A DNA stretch of 64,000 nucleotides from Amphiscolops sp. MND2022 (taxonomy: Eukaryota). A program made the position numbers and the translations under genes. The stretch's first letter is position 1. Every line of letters begins with the position of its first letter. Shown here piece by piece: positions 13,211 to 27,716 of this stretch. The stretch lies in NCBI GenBank assembly GCA_964187785.1, contig OZ076409.1:79734001-79798000 (forward strand), given 5' to 3'. The notes under the pieces are model-generated. The model saw only the letters and a program-made list of their open reading frames with translations. It made no database searches and had not been told where the DNA came from.

Positions 13211-16099
13211 CCTCTTTATCTCTCAATAGTTGTGTGATGGGTGTAAAACGCATCCAAATGGTCTTCTTTGGACTAATGAAAATTTTCACGTTGATTACAA
13301 TCAAGGTGAGAACAAAGGGTCACATCTTCGGTTGTTTTTGGCTTGCGCGGTTGCTTTCTCAAATTTTTCTATATGTGTTGATTAGCTTGGTGTTTTCAAT
13401 TAAGAAATGCATTTTTGAGCCTAAATGATCAATCCAATCCCACTATGTGCACTTTCCGGCATTTTGGGTCTTTTTATAATGTCGCAAAATCTGTCTTGTA
13501 GCATATTTCGCAGCTTTTTGTGCCTTGAGAGAGTAACCGGCTGTATGGAGTTTCAGTCAGCTATTACATAGCGTTTTAGACCTCGGGTGAAAGAATTTGT
13601 GACAAGAAGAATGTCCCTCATGAGATGATATTTGTCGTAAAAACCCATTTTTATTGTTTTAGTATGACTGAGATCCTGTCGGTAAATTTTAGAAGCTCCC
13701 TCTGCTTCTGTTGGTGTGACTAAACTGGGCGACCATCTTTCCAACAAAAACTACTCTTTCAGATAATGAACAATTTATTGTCAGACTTGAGAAACAATTG
13801 TAATCAGCCCATGTGTTTCTTCAGACCCATGTGGGTTAACCTTCCTTCAATTTAGAATCATCTTTTATACAATCATCATTTATAACCATCAACTCTCTCT
13901 AACTCTCTTAAATTTGAGCCAGCAATCCACGTTTTGAACTTTCTACGAACAACAAAAATTCGTTTTGTCCGCGTTTGCAGAAAAATGAATACATTATGCC
14001 TATCTGCAGAATTACTTCAAAGATACGAAATTTCTGAAAGTTTTTCATTGAAGTTTTCGAGAGAAATGAAAATTTTTTCTTTAGGTGCAGAGAAATAGTT
14101 ACCAATTGCATGATCATAAAACATTTTCTAGGCACCGAGTGATGGTTCGCATATCTCTCGAACTCATCAGCTCTAGCATTAGTTTTTGAAAACTTCAAGG
14201 AAAATCTTTGTCCTATTGAAACAATCAAACTTTCATATGATGAGAAAACACCTGGAATTGAACATAAACAGTGCTCATTAGGCTTTTGAGCGTGATGCAT
14301 GAAAAAATGAATAATTGAAAAACGTGGTTTCAGGCATGCTTTTGAAACTATAGTTTTGCGATATATTGACAACACTTTTCCACCAATCGATAAAGACATA
14401 CAACAAGATGAAAACAAGTTGAATTTTTGCATCAATAGCTTGCCACTAGAGCTACGTCAAACTTGAGACTGAAAATGAGATGCATCGAACTTATTAGAAA
14501 GTTATCTGATTTTTTAATTACTTTGAATTTAAAGCGAACAATTTTGGTTCTCAGATTAAACTAGCAAAAATAGCCATCAGGAATTTTTACACGAGTTCTC
14601 TATGTAGTCAAATATGCTGGAAACTATTCCACGCTGTTGTTTCTTTACATAAAAGGCAATCTTTGTTCTCACGAAATATGAAAATTTCCGGGAAGTTTCC
14701 GAGCTCTAATTGACATTGTTTTCAGCAGTAATCAAATCATGAACCAAGCATCCGCTTCCAAAACACTTGCTCTCGAAAAAATTCAACGGTGGAAATGTCA
14801 TGGAATCAGTGGTACAGTTCGACGCTAATGATAGGAGTTTCGAAAAAAAATTTGTCCATAGGTTGAAATGGCCTCACCAAGAATCAGGTACAAACCGTTT
14901 CAGATGGTATAGCATAATGCAGATTTTTGATTGAATTGCCTCATAATTTTGTGTGAAATCAGATTTTGGTGAACCCTGCTGACAATTTTCGAATGATTGA
15001 AAATCCTTTGCATCAAAACGGCGGTAATTAAAGTCGATAAAGTCTCACCTCCATGTAAAAATAAAAAACTAAAACATCAAAACTTTACCTTTTCCAGATG
15101 TCGTCAAATTCAACAAACAAAACGGAAATACAATGTTTCTTATTCCCTCCAAAGAGAAGGGAGAGGGGAATTAGTAACAAGGGACTATGTGTTCAACCCC
15201 CCCCCCCCCAAGCGGCAGCAAGGGGGAAATAGAACACAAGGTTAAAATGACATTATGTCGTCATCATTTGCGGTAAAATTTCGCTCCAATAAAATAATTG
15301 TTGTCGACATAATCCCATTTTTTATATATATTCATGGTGAAGAGTTGTTAACATTGTTCTCTTGCGGTGAATGAAGACTTCGTTTATTTTGAGGCCTTTC
15401 TATACAATTTTGGCTTATTGCAGGCGTGAAATTTTGCCATTTTGGACAATAATATGAAAAAAGCTAGGCTATTTTTTGCCGGAAGTGTCAAAACAGATGT
15501 ATATACAATCCCCAAAGTGTTTTTAGTTATATGATATTCTTTTATTCGTGCAATGTTATCCAAGAATAAAAGGTGTTTCCGCATTGGGGGAAATACGAAA
15601 CAAGGAGTACCTGTGGCAAATGAGAAACATGGTCCAAGCTAAATTTTTCATGCATTTTAACCAACAAGCTAGTATACAACAATAGCTTCCGTCAGGGCTT
15701 TAATAAATCATGATAAATCTGATTGGCAACTTACAACATCATTTGAAAAATTCAAGGAGTTTCAAATATCGCTTCCATTTTTCAAGGAAAAGTGGAAGGG
15801 GAATTGGTAGACGTCTGGAAAATACTACTGTTGCATTATCTTAAAGTTTTAGCACTCACTGAAAAATTTTGAAGCTTAATATTTTCCGCCCATATTTCAT
15901 ATGGGAAAGGAAAATATTTAAATCAAACGGTTTTTTTTACAAAATTTGCCAAGGACCAAATTCATATTTAACCTTAAGGGTGTTACCCATAGAATTCAAC
16001 TCACATAATTTTAGCTTCGTGCGATTTGTACTCGTGGAGATTTCTGGACTTTTTTAGTTGACCCCATGGACCCCAGAATGACCCAAAACTGATCCCAAA

Positions 16100-19000
16100 A
16101 GTAGAAAAATTGCAAAAATTTACAATTTTTTACGTTTTATTGCAATTTTGTCAATTTTCGATAGATGTCGTGTATTAGAATGTTGAAAAGGTTCAAAAGG
16201 GCAAGAATTCGTTGTTCAGTAGTTCTTTATGAAGATATGAACGCGGTTTTTTTGGGAAGAAAAAGACCCAAAAATGACAAGAAAAAACAAAAATTTTCCG
16301 ATTTTTAACATTTTTATGCATTTTTTGTCATATTTTCGATAGACTTCGTGAATTAGAATGCTAAAAATGCACAACATGGCACTAATTTGTTGTCCAATAG
16401 GTTTCTCCGAAGAGATATTTGCTGTTTTCTGAATGAAAATGTCTCAAATTGACACAGAAAAAGACAAAAATCCCAAAAACTTTCGAATTTTGAAAAGATT
16501 TTATGCTTTTTTTTTTCAAAAATTTGACAGACTTTGTAGATTGGAACGTTGAAAGGGGTCAAAAAAGAAAGAATGTGTTGTCCGGTAGGTTTTTCCGAAG
16601 AGTTTATTGCAGTTTTTTTAGTGAATGTGTCCCAAACTGAAACCGAAAATGACAAAATTCTAAAATTTTCAAACTTTCAAAGTTTTTATGCATTTTTTGT
16701 TAAAGTTTCGACAGACTTCGTGAATTGGAATGTTTTTAAGGGTCAACAAGGAAAAAGTTGGTTGTCCAGTAGTCTTTTATGACGAGATAATTGCAATGTT
16801 CTGAATGAAAATGTCTCAAATTGACACCGAAAATGTCAAAATCTCAAAATTTTCCAATTTCTAAAGATTTTATGCATTTTTTTCCAAACTATTGACGGAC
16901 TTTGTAGATGAAATGTTGGAAAGCGTCAACGAAAAAGGAATGTGTTGTTTAGTAGGCTTTTCAGAACAGTATATATAGCAGTTTTCATAGCGAAAAAATC
17001 TCAAATTCAAATCGAAAATGCCAAAAACCCAAAACTTTCCATTTTTCAAAATGTTTGGGCATTTTTGTTTCGAAATTTGGAAAAACTTCGTGGATTGGAA
17101 TGTTTTAAAGGGTCAACAAGGAACAAGTTGGTTGTCCAGTAGTCTTTATTGAAGACATAATTCCACTGTTTTGAATGAAAATGACTCATATTGACACCGA
17201 AAATGACAAAAGTCCCAAAATTTACCAATTTAAAAAATTTCATCTATTATTTTTCAAATTTTTGGCAAACTTCGTCAACTGGAACGTTGAAAAGGGTCAA
17301 CAAGGAAAGAATATGTTGTCCAGTATGCTTAGAAAAGAGATAAATGCAGTTTTTTAAACAAAAAGTTTCCGGAATTGACACTGAAAAGACAACATTTCGA
17401 ATTTTTCTTCGAGTTTCACTATTTTTGTTCAATTTTTGTCAAAATTTTTCCATTTTTTAACGTGTTTATGCAAATTTTGTCATATTTTTGATGGACTTCG
17501 TGGATTAGAATGCTGAAAATGCACAACATGGCACTAATTTGTTGTCCAATAGGTTTCTCCGAAGAGATAGTTGCTGTTTTTTGAATGAAAAAATTGTCTC
17601 AAATTGACACAGAAAAAGACAAAAATCCCAAAAACATTCGAATTTCAAAGATTTTATTCCTTTTTTTCCAAACATTTGACAGACTTTGTAAATTGGAACG
17701 TTGAAAAGGGTCAAAAAAGAAAAAAAGTGTTGTCCAGGTGGTTTTTCCGAAGAGTTAAATGCAGTTTTTCTTTAGTGAAAGTATCCCAAACTGAAAATGA
17801 AAATGACAAAATCCCAAACTTTTCCAACTTTCAAAGTTTTTATGCGTGTTTTGTTAAAGTTTCGACAGACTTTGTGAATTGGAATGTTTTTAAGGGTCAA
17901 CAAGGAAAAAATTGGTTGTCCAGTAGTCTTTTATGACAATATAATTGCAATGTTCTTGTATGAAAATGTCTCAAATTGACACCGAAAATAACAAAATCTC
18001 AAAATTTTTCAATTTCCAAAGATTTTATGCATTTTTTCCAAACTATTGACGGACTTTGTAGATGAAATGTTGGAAAGCGTCAACGAAAAAGGAATGTGTT
18101 GTTTAGTAGGCTTTTCAGAAGAGTATACATAGCAGTTTTCTTAGCAAAAATATCTCAAATTCAAATCAAAAAAGACAAAATACCCAAAACTTTCCAATTT
18201 TCAAAATGTTTGGGCATTTTTCTCTCGAAAATTTCGAAAAACTTCGTGGATTAGAATGTTTTAAAGCGTAAACAAGGAACAAGTTGGTTGTCCAGTAGTC
18301 TTTATTGAAGACATAATTCCACTGTTTTGAATGAAAATGACTCATATTGACACCGAAACAGACAAAAATCCCAAAATTTACATATTTTAAAGATTTCATC
18401 TATTATTTTTCAAATTTTTGGCAAACTTCGTCAACTGGAACGTTAAAAGGGTCAACAAGGAAAGAATATGTTGTCCAGTATGCTTACAAAAGAGATAAAT
18501 GCAGTTTTTCAACCAAAAATTTTCCGGAATTGACACTGAAAAAGACAAATTTTCGAATTTTTCTTCGAGTTTCACTAATTTTGTTCAATTTTTGTCAAAA
18601 TTTTCCCAATTTTTAATGTTTTTATGCAGTTTTTGTCATATTTTTGATAGACTTCGTGGATTAGAATGCTGAAAATGCACAACATGGCACTAATTTGTTG
18701 TCCAATAGGTTTCTCCGAAGAGATAGTTGCTGTTTTTTGAATGAAAAAATTGTCTCAAATTGACACAGAAAAAGTCAAAAATCCCAAAAACTTTCGAATT
18801 TCAAAGCTTTTATTCCTTTTTTTCCAAAAAGTTGACAGACTTTGTAGATTGGAACGTTGAAAAGGGTCAAAAAAGGAAAAAATGTTGTCAAGTAGGTTTT
18901 TCCGAAGAGTTTATTGCAGTTTTTTTAGTGAAAGTGTCCCAAACTGAAAATGAAAATGACAAAATCCAAAAGTTTCCAACTTTCAAAAATTTTATGCGTT

Positions 19001-22000
19001 TTTTGTTAAAGGTTAGACAGACTTTGTGAATTGGAATGTCTTTAAGGGTCAACAAGGAAAAAGTTGGTTGTCCATTAGTCTTTTATGACAAGATAATTGC
19101 AATGTTCTAAATGAAAATGTCTCAAATTGACACCGTAAATGACAAAATCTCAAAATTTTCAAATTTCCGAAGTTTTTATGCACTTTTTTCCAAACTATTG
19201 ACGGACTTTGTAGATCGAATGTTGGAAAGCGTCAGCCAAAAAAGAATGTGTTGTTTAGTAGGCTTTTGAGAACAGTATATATAGCAGTTTTCTTAGCAAA
19301 AATATCTCAAATTCAAATCAAAAAAGACAAAAATCCCAAAACTTTCCAATTTTCAAAATGTTTGGGCATTTTTCTCTCAAAAATTTCGAAAAACTTTGTG
19401 GATTAGAATGTTTTAAAGCGTCAACAAGGAACAAGTTGGTTGTCCAGTAGTCTTTATTGAAGACATAATTCCACTGTTTTGAATGAAAATGACTCATATT
19501 GACACCGAAACAGACAAAAATCCCAAAATTTACATATTTTAAAGATTTCATCTATTATCTTTCAAATTTTTGGCAAACTTCGTCAACTGGAACGTTAAAA
19601 GGAATTGACACTGAAAAAGACAAAATTTCGAATTTTTTTCAAGTTTCACTATTTTTGTTCAATTTTTGTCAAAATTTTCCCAATTTTTAACGTTTTTATG
19701 CAGTTTTTGTCATATTTTTGATGGACTTCGTGGATTAGAATGCTGAAAATGCACAACATGGCACTAATTTGTTGTCCAATAGGTTTCTCCGAAGAGATAG
19801 TTGCTGTTTTTTGAATGAAAAAATTGTCTCAAATTGACACAGAAAAAGACGAAAATCCCAAAAACTTTCGAATTTCAAAGATTTTATTCCTTTTTTTTCC
19901 AAAAATTTGACAGACTTTGTACATTGGAACGATGAAAAGGGTCAAAAAAGAAAAAAAGTGTTGTCCAGGTGGTTTTTCCGAAGAGTTAAATGCAGTTTTT
20001 CTTTAGTGAAAGTATCCCAAACTGAAAATGAAAATGACAAAATCCCAAACTTTTCCAACTTTCAAAGTTTTTAGGCGTGTTTTGTTAAAGTTTCGACAGA
20101 CTTTGTGAATTGGAATGTTTTTAAGGGTCAACAAGGAAAAAATTGGTTGTCCAGTAGTCTTTTATGACAATATAATTGCAATGTTCTTGTATGAAAATGT
20201 CTCAAATGGACACCGAAAATGACAAAATCTCAAAATTTTCCAATTTCCAAAGATTTTATGCATTTTTTCTAAACTATTGACGGACTTTGTAGATGAAATG
20301 TTGGAAAGCGTCAACCAAAAAAGAATGTGTTATTTAGTAGGCTTTTGAGAACAGTATATATAGCAGTTTTCTTAGCGAAAATATCTCAAATTCCAATCGA
20401 AAGTGACAAAAAACCCAAAACTTTCCAATTTTCAAAATGTTTGGGCATTTTTGTTTCGAAATTTGGAAAAACTTCGTGGATTGGAATGTTTTAAAGCGTC
20501 AAAAAGGAACAAGTTGGTTGTCCAGTAGTCTTTATTGAATACATAATTCCACTGTTTTGAATGAAAACGACTCATATTGACACCGAAACAGACAAAAATC
20601 CCAAAATTTACATCTTTTAAAGATTTCATCTATTATTTTTCAAATTTTTGGCAAACTTCGTCAACTGGAACGTTAAAAGTGTCAACAGGGAAAGAATATG
20701 TTGTCCAGTCTGCTTTGAAAAGAGATAAATGCAGTTTTTTAAACGAAAAGTTTTCGGAATTGACATTAAAGAAGACAAAATTTCGGTTTTTTTCGAGTTT
20801 CACTATTTTTGTTCAATATTTGTCAAAACGTCGATAGATTTCGTGGACTAGAATGTTAGAACGCCTAACATATGGGCTTTCGTCTCGAGATAAGTTCAAT
20901 TGGTATAAGGAAATTGCCTCAAGTTGACCATGAACTGTCAAAAAATTTGATAATTTTGTCGTTTTTGATGCATTTTCAATACTTGTTCCAAAAGATTTTG
21001 TTCTAAGTTCCAACACATTGAACTCAACAACAAAAAAAAACGAGCTTTGCATTACAGTTTTTGAGGAGAACGTTGCCGCGTTTTGCTTCAAAAACACTTC
21101 AGAATGACTCCTAAGCAGTCGAAAAATTTCAACAACTTCGTTTTTGAGGAACTTGTGTACTCTTTGAATCCTTTTGAAGTCAGAATGCCGGAAGACGTTC
21201 AACAAAGACTGGATGCATAATCCAGTAGGCTTTTAAAGGAATATCTGCAGTCTTATGTTGGAAAATAGCTCGAACTGGCCGCAAAAATTTTCAGTGAATT
21301 TTTATTTGAGGTTGGAAGATTTCGATTTAAAAAGTTTCTAAAAGTTCGAGATGATAAATCTAGGTCCGAAGCACGTTTCTCAAAATCCCTTTTTTATGGT
21401 CGAAAATTTCCTCAAAAGGACCCAAATATTGGAAAAACTGAGAAACTTTTATGTTCTTTTACTATTTTAGGCAGTTTTCTGAACAATTTTTGAGCCACTC
21501 CCTTGCACAAAATGGTATAAAAAACTCAACAATGTTTAATCCGGGTATCTCCAGTAGGCAATTTTGGAGAGAAAACTGCACTTGTTTGTTGGAAGTTGCT
21601 TAAAAACACCCAAAATTCCGTGAAACAACAAAAAAGCACGTTGTTTGACAAACTAATCCCGTTTTTTGTTCAAACCACGAAAGTTTTTGAAGAATAGAAC
21701 CTCCAATTGACCTGAGCGTTGAAACAAAAGGGTATTCGGTATTAAAAACGCAAATGGGGAAAAAGTGGGATGAAATTCATCAAGTTTACAACAACAGTGT
21801 CAAAGTTTCCGAATTTTCGTTATTTTAGACAACATTGTCCCAAATTTCGACCCTTTTCGAAAATAAACGTCAAACAGAAATACCAAAGGCTCAGGATTGA
21901 AATGTGTAGCTACCGGTAGTGTTTCGAAAAGATATCAGATAAGTTCATTTGCCCAACTTTCAAAAACTTTACTTGAAAATGCAAATCTCGACATTATTTG

Positions 22001-22975
22001 TCCATTATTTAAGTTTCAAAACCTCCAAGCAAAATCACTGGATGTGGAGTACACCTTCCAAAGGAAGATTTGTCGAGCTACTTCGTGGGTTAGATAGGTT
22101 TAAACATTCTACAACAGCTAAACTTGGTGTCCAGTAGGCCTAACTATGAAGAGACTTCTGTAGATTCATGTTAGAAAAGTTCCTCAAATTGACCCCAAAG
22201 TTGTCAAAACTATTTCCAAATTTTAACACTTCTGGTGAAACTATGTGCAATAATATAGCAAACCCGGATTGCTGAACTTTCCTAAATTGGCAAAAGACCT
22301 ATTTTCAAGTTTTTACTATTTCTCAGTACCAAAAATTACCTCAAGAAATACGCCTGAGATTAGGAAACCACTTTTTGCCCAACAGCAATCACAAAAAATT
22401 GTTTTTTATTCTTTTCGGTAAATTTCTCTGATGGCGAAACGAGTTTCAGCTCGCAAAACTACCTGTCCCAAGCCGAAATCAGCTAAGAAAGTAAGGGGGT
22501 ATTCTTTGACTAAATGAAAGTTTCGGAAAGACGCACAGGGTCGAAAAACTGAAATGAGGTATTTTCCACAATCAAGAAAAATTCTCGTCAGTTCCATATG
22601 ATCAAAAGTAACAAAGAAGTCACCCTCAAGACTCGGGAAGCATATTTCTTTCACAGAAAACCTCAAAAATTGAAAATTGCGAAAAAAATTTTAAAAAATA
22701 ATTTTAAAAAAGTTATTAAAAATTTTCTCTTTTCTCGGCGAGTCGCATAGTGCCAAAAAAAACAAGAAGTCAGAAAACAAGATAGCCAGCTATCGCAGAA
22801 ATTATAAGTTAGGGGTTTCCTTTAAAATGGGCTAAAATGAATCAAAGCTTTCCTTTCTTCGAATTTCGTTGCGTTTTTATAGTGCATTGGCTATTCTTGA
22901 GCCTCAAATTTATTTAGTTGTAGAACAATTTGGGGCGGAAAATGTCTCGCTGCTCAGCGGGCGTCTTTTTTTATG
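16100..22975 (+). mobile_element. Long copy of the 9060-11582 element, containing a satellite expansion
   Basis: Same internal sequence and 3' end as 9060-11582; left boundary approximate. Confidence 0.6.
16353..20850. repeat. Tandem satellite: ~185-bp monomers in a 6-mer higher-order repeat (HOR, ~1.15 kb), 4 copies
   Basis: TTAGAATGCT anchors at 16353, 17505, 18661, 19735. Monomer anchors in the first HOR at 16353, 16541, 16725, ~16908, 17095, 17279. Confidence 0.9.
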
Positions 22976-23063
22976 TCTTCCTTTATCCGCAAGACTCGGG
23001 TTTGATTTAAGGAGCGTGTCTTTTGGAACGAAATTGAACACATCGAAGGAGATGTTTTATCAC

Positions 23064-23331
23064 CCCGGGTTTGCCTCCCATACAAAAGCAGGTCAATCAT
23101 ACTCTGCCATCATACTCACAGTATGATTCCAGGCTGATCATACTCTGGACCATAAAGGTTTATGGTTCCAGGCTGACCATACTCTGGACATATATCATTC
23201 CAGGCCGATCATACTCTGGACCATATATGATTCCAGGCCGATCATGGCAAGATCAAAGTAAGGAAACTTGTATGATTTCTATGGTACCATAATATGGTCA
23301 GATTATGATCGGCCTGGTCGGGAAACCCGGG
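23064..23331. mobile_element. MITE with CCCGGGTTT..AAACCCGGG termini and 2-bp TSD (AC)
   Basis: Terminal inverted repeats; AC on both sides; internal ~32-bp tandem units TGATTCCAGGCYGATCATACTCTGGACCATA. Confidence 0.7.
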
Positions 23332-26300
23332 ACACTGAGAGGTTTGCTCAGATCAAATATTTGGACCTACAGAATTCGACGGTGAACTACTTTTCGCTTG
23401 AAAAGGATGACACTTTGATTGAGAAAGTGATCTATTGCACAACTTGCTTGCATTTGACTTATCTAAAGGCAAAAAAACTTGAGTCGAATGAAAATTTTAA
23501 TCGTGCCCATTCGACTTATCGATTTTTGACGTTCAGTACCTAAGTTTGTCAAAATAAGACAGGAGTCCTTGTGTTAGAATAAAAAGAAATGCATTCTTTT
23601 GTGTGTTTTCCGCATTCGTTTGACAGATTCATTGAATTCATGGGGATTCCATGAAATCATAGAAGTATCCTGATAGTTATTCCAAAACTTATTCACACAC
23701 TTGTGCGCCTCCTCTTATTAACCGTTTGGTATCCAGCACGTATTGACCAGACTTCAAATTTATTCCAGCGTCGTCTCGATCGGCGGCCAGAGTATTAATT
23801 GTAGCGGCACCTGATTGATCTCGTTTACTTTTATGGGGGTTCAAGGGGGGTGTTTATGTTTGGAGTTGTTATTAGAGCGTGACTGTGGCTGGTTAACAGA
23901 AGAAAGGATCTATAAATCCATTATGCTCATCATCATAATAAAAGATTTAAAGTTTATATAGACATTGTGACATCACTATTCGAGGTCAAATACGTAGTAA
24001 GAATAGTAGGGAGTCCTAATTTGACATCGGTGCCAAAAAATTCTACCGCCAGAAGTTATGGGGAATCTCCGGGCAAATAGGGACAGTAGACTAGTGATTG
24101 TACTATTCATATTCATTATACTATAATGCAGTTACCAATATATATCTGCAAACAAACCTGCAAAGTTCAATTTAATCATGGCTGAATTATAGTCATCCGC
24201 GTCAATTACTCACATGATTGGGTTCTTTCCTCCAATCTTATTTCCCAAGTCAGAAGGTTAACAGGGCTCCATGGAACGTCTATGCCAAACCTCAAACGCA
24301 CTTTTTCACACTGTACAGGGATATATTATAGCAATCGAATTAATCTGTTGAAGACAAATTAGAAAAAAACAACGGACCATGTTTTATATCCCCCAGGTAC
24401 ACCTTGTCTCGTGCCCCCACCCAAGACGGAAACACCTTGCAGCCTTGAGAATTTTTTTTTGCACAAATAAAAGAATTTTGAATGGTTACAAATACTTAGA
24501 GGACTTACACCCCATTAGTAATTTTTAGGTCTGGAGCAAATCGAGATAGCAAAGAAAGGCTCCTTTTTTAACGAAAAATGTTCTCAGCTATCAAATAAAT
24601 TAAGCCTTTTAACTGAATCAATGTGAACTATTGAATTATGTCGGCATCAATTTTTTATTCGATTGAACTTTCATCGCAAATGATGTTGGCATATTTGAAC
24701 CTTGTTTCTCAATTTAAAAAACATGGTCCGAAAAAAATTAATTGGAATTGACAACATGTATTTCAGCACGCTTCGGGCAATAAGTTCGATTTACTAAGTT
24801 CGAATTTGAACTAGTGCAATAAGTTCGAATGGAATAGTTTCGAGACACCAAGTTCGAATTTTCATATCGGGCATATCCGGTGTAAACTGGACATCCTTCA
24901 CACAAGATCCTGAGAGCTCCACCGCCTAGGATCTAAAGGAATCTAAAACCTGAAATGTAGGGCATATCCGGTGTATGCATTTATAGTGTATCATTTATAG
25001 TGTCCAATATGCATGGCGTTCAGGCAGCTAGCATAATGTCGAGAGTAACTATGACATCCACTAAATCTCGTGATTGCCACTTCAAAGTAAAAAAATAACC
25101 CAGATGAGAAACTGTTTTTTTCTTTTTGTGGTTCTATCATTTTGACCTGAATGATAAAAAGTGCTTTCAAGCTAAACTAAAGTGTGGAACGTCCGGTAAC
25201 CTAAATTTCGAGAACCATTGATAATATTATACTTTCGAGTTATTTTTCTTTTAGACCAATTTTCTGTACTTAATTCCTATGGGAGAAAAACTGATCATTC
25301 AGCAGCTTTTTCCACAAAATTAGATGTTCCATTTTTCTACGCATTTGATAAAAGTCCTAAGTAAACGACTGGATTTATTGATAAAATGATAGGTTCGTAA
25401 CAAATAGATTTGTGGTGATATTAGAACTTTTTCGAAAAAAATTACTGAAATGAAATTACCGTAAACCTTACACAGGACGCTACAGCGACCAAAGCTCAGT
25501 AGAGGCCAGGATTTAAAGACACTGTACGCCCAATGTTGAACTAGGCAAAAAACCGGAAACAACTCTTGTGTGCCGATAGACAGTTCAAAATTATGTGATA
25601 GTTTAGAGTAAAACTTTTCTCGAATGATAAACTTTTTGTGCAAGTCAACTTTGGGTCTTCGTCAAAGAGTTCAAGAAGAAACTGAAACAAGCAAACTTCA
25701 TAGCCCTTTTCCCGAAGTCCAACAGAAATTATTGAAATGCGAACGTAAACTTACACCCTGTAACGGCTGCTTGCCCTTATCTTGCGCTGAAGCTTGACAT
25801 GGCTTACGTCACCCTGATCAGTTGTTTAGTACTGTTACTAAACAAATTAGGACCGTTACTAAACCATCCTGGTTTTCTTGTTTCAAAGGACTGTATCTTT
25901 AAGTTGGTGGGTCCGATGTGAACCGTAGGATCTCCTGGTGACCCCGCTTTACCCTAGGGTGGATCTACTGAGATCCGTCACAAACTTCCCGCTCTGTATC
26001 TTCAGGCGCTTCAACTCTCCAACTATCAGAATAGCTACGTGTTCGCTCTGACTCTAGCGAAAAAATGTGAAGATATGGAAAGCGCAACTTGACTATAGCT
26101 ATTCAGTCGCAAGTTATTGGCTGTGTAACCAAACCATACGGTGGGTAGTGAAAGTTGATCAGGTTGGCTCGGAAGTATGTTTACACAATGTAGCTAATCA
26201 TTAATTTCATCAGAGTTACGTTATTACCTGGCGTGCCAGTTCCGTCGGGTGGGTTTTTCTTGAGTTTGATACTCTTTTTGTGAGTTTGATGCTTTGATTT

Positions 26301-27716
26301 TGTGGACACATGCATGTCCTTTTGCTATCTTTGACCCTTAAATATGACCCGACCTATGTCGTTCACGGATGGTTATTTTTATTTTTATCATTTCCAATTT
26401 TGACCAACGATGATACGTATGAATCTAATTGTGATTTAATTTTAATGTTGACTGTCAGTGACACGAATGAATTAACTATAGAAATGTATAGGAACGTGCT
26501 CTCGGAGTTGTTACAATTTAATCAGAAAAAGGTTGTTTGGCTGCTTTTATACCCTCATAGAGTCGTTACTTTGCTCGTTTGGAAATGTTTAAAGAACGTA
26601 CTGAAAACATAGTCTGTCTTTGTAATTTAATAGAAAACGAACAAAACAATGACATTAGGTAGCACAAAACAAGTTTGGACAAAAGTGTATCTTCATCGAT
26701 TTAAACAATTTTAAAAGCGTTTGAAGCGTCATTCCTCCGCTGCTTTCCTACCCTGAATTTGATTCTGTAAGGGCGCCGAGGAATCCTTTTGACCTCCGTC
26801 CACGTGGCTTGTTACGTCATTTGATTGAAACATCTCAATTCGCGAAATCTGTGGCTTGCACTTCTGCACTCTGTTCAACAATCGCCCTGGGCGAGTTTCG
26901 AGCTATATGAAACAAGAGAACTGTATATAGATGTTTAGGAATACGCTTCCGGAGTTGTTACAATTCAATCAAAAGAATGTTGTTCATACGCTCGTGGAAT
27001 CGTTCTAGAATTGTGTAAAGAACGAACGGAATAATCAAATCAAATTTTATAAGTATAATGAACAAAACAATTATGGATATCTCATTTTTGAAAACAAAAG
27101 TGCGAAAAAAACAAATTGGGACGAAGCAGAACAGAATTATCATGAAATCAGAAAGTGTGTATGTGTGCGTGTAAATCAGTGTGTCGATTCTTTATCGACT
27201 TATTTAACTTGGGAAAGCGTTTAACGAATTGAGAAAAGCTTCTGAAGATTCCAGAACGACTTTAATGCAAATTATCTACTTGTTTGAAGAATCCAGAAAA
27301 GTGTACAACAATTCACAAAAGTGTTAAAGAATTCACAAAAGTGTTCAAGAAATGACAAAATGCGAAGAATTCTCACACCAATGTTGCTACCTGTGCAGCA
27401 TAGATTATCATTAATATGAAGAATCCACGAAGCATTTTTTGCATTTCTGAAAAAAATCATTTTTGCACTGCGATCATTAGTATGTGGATTCTTCAATCAT
27501 TTTGGCGGCACGCTCAGTTTCTTTGAAGTGCAGATTTTTGTGAAATCTTGAAAATACATTTTTGTAGGTGCGAACATCAACTTTTGTCAATTCTTGAAAA
27601 AATCAGAACTTACCTTATTGGCGTCGTAATGGACTCACAATGAGATTCTCTTCTATACGAAAAATCCACGTGAATTGCGGCTGTAGCATTGGACTTCAAA
27701 TCAACGTTTGGAACAC

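Noticed and set aside
13550..14960. Possible decayed coding sequence on the minus strand
   Set aside because: Many stops and no motif I can assign with confidence.
16353..20837. Many short ORFs in the satellite
   Set aside because: Recur with the repeat period; K/F-rich compositional artefacts.
24780..24976. Clustered AAGTTCGAA motifs and duplicated GGGCATATCCGGTGTA
   Set aside because: Looks like short MITE remnants; boundaries cannot be defined.
26480..27130. Imperfect ~450-bp-period direct repeat left of the LTR element
   Set aside because: Old degenerate duplication without termini or coding signal.
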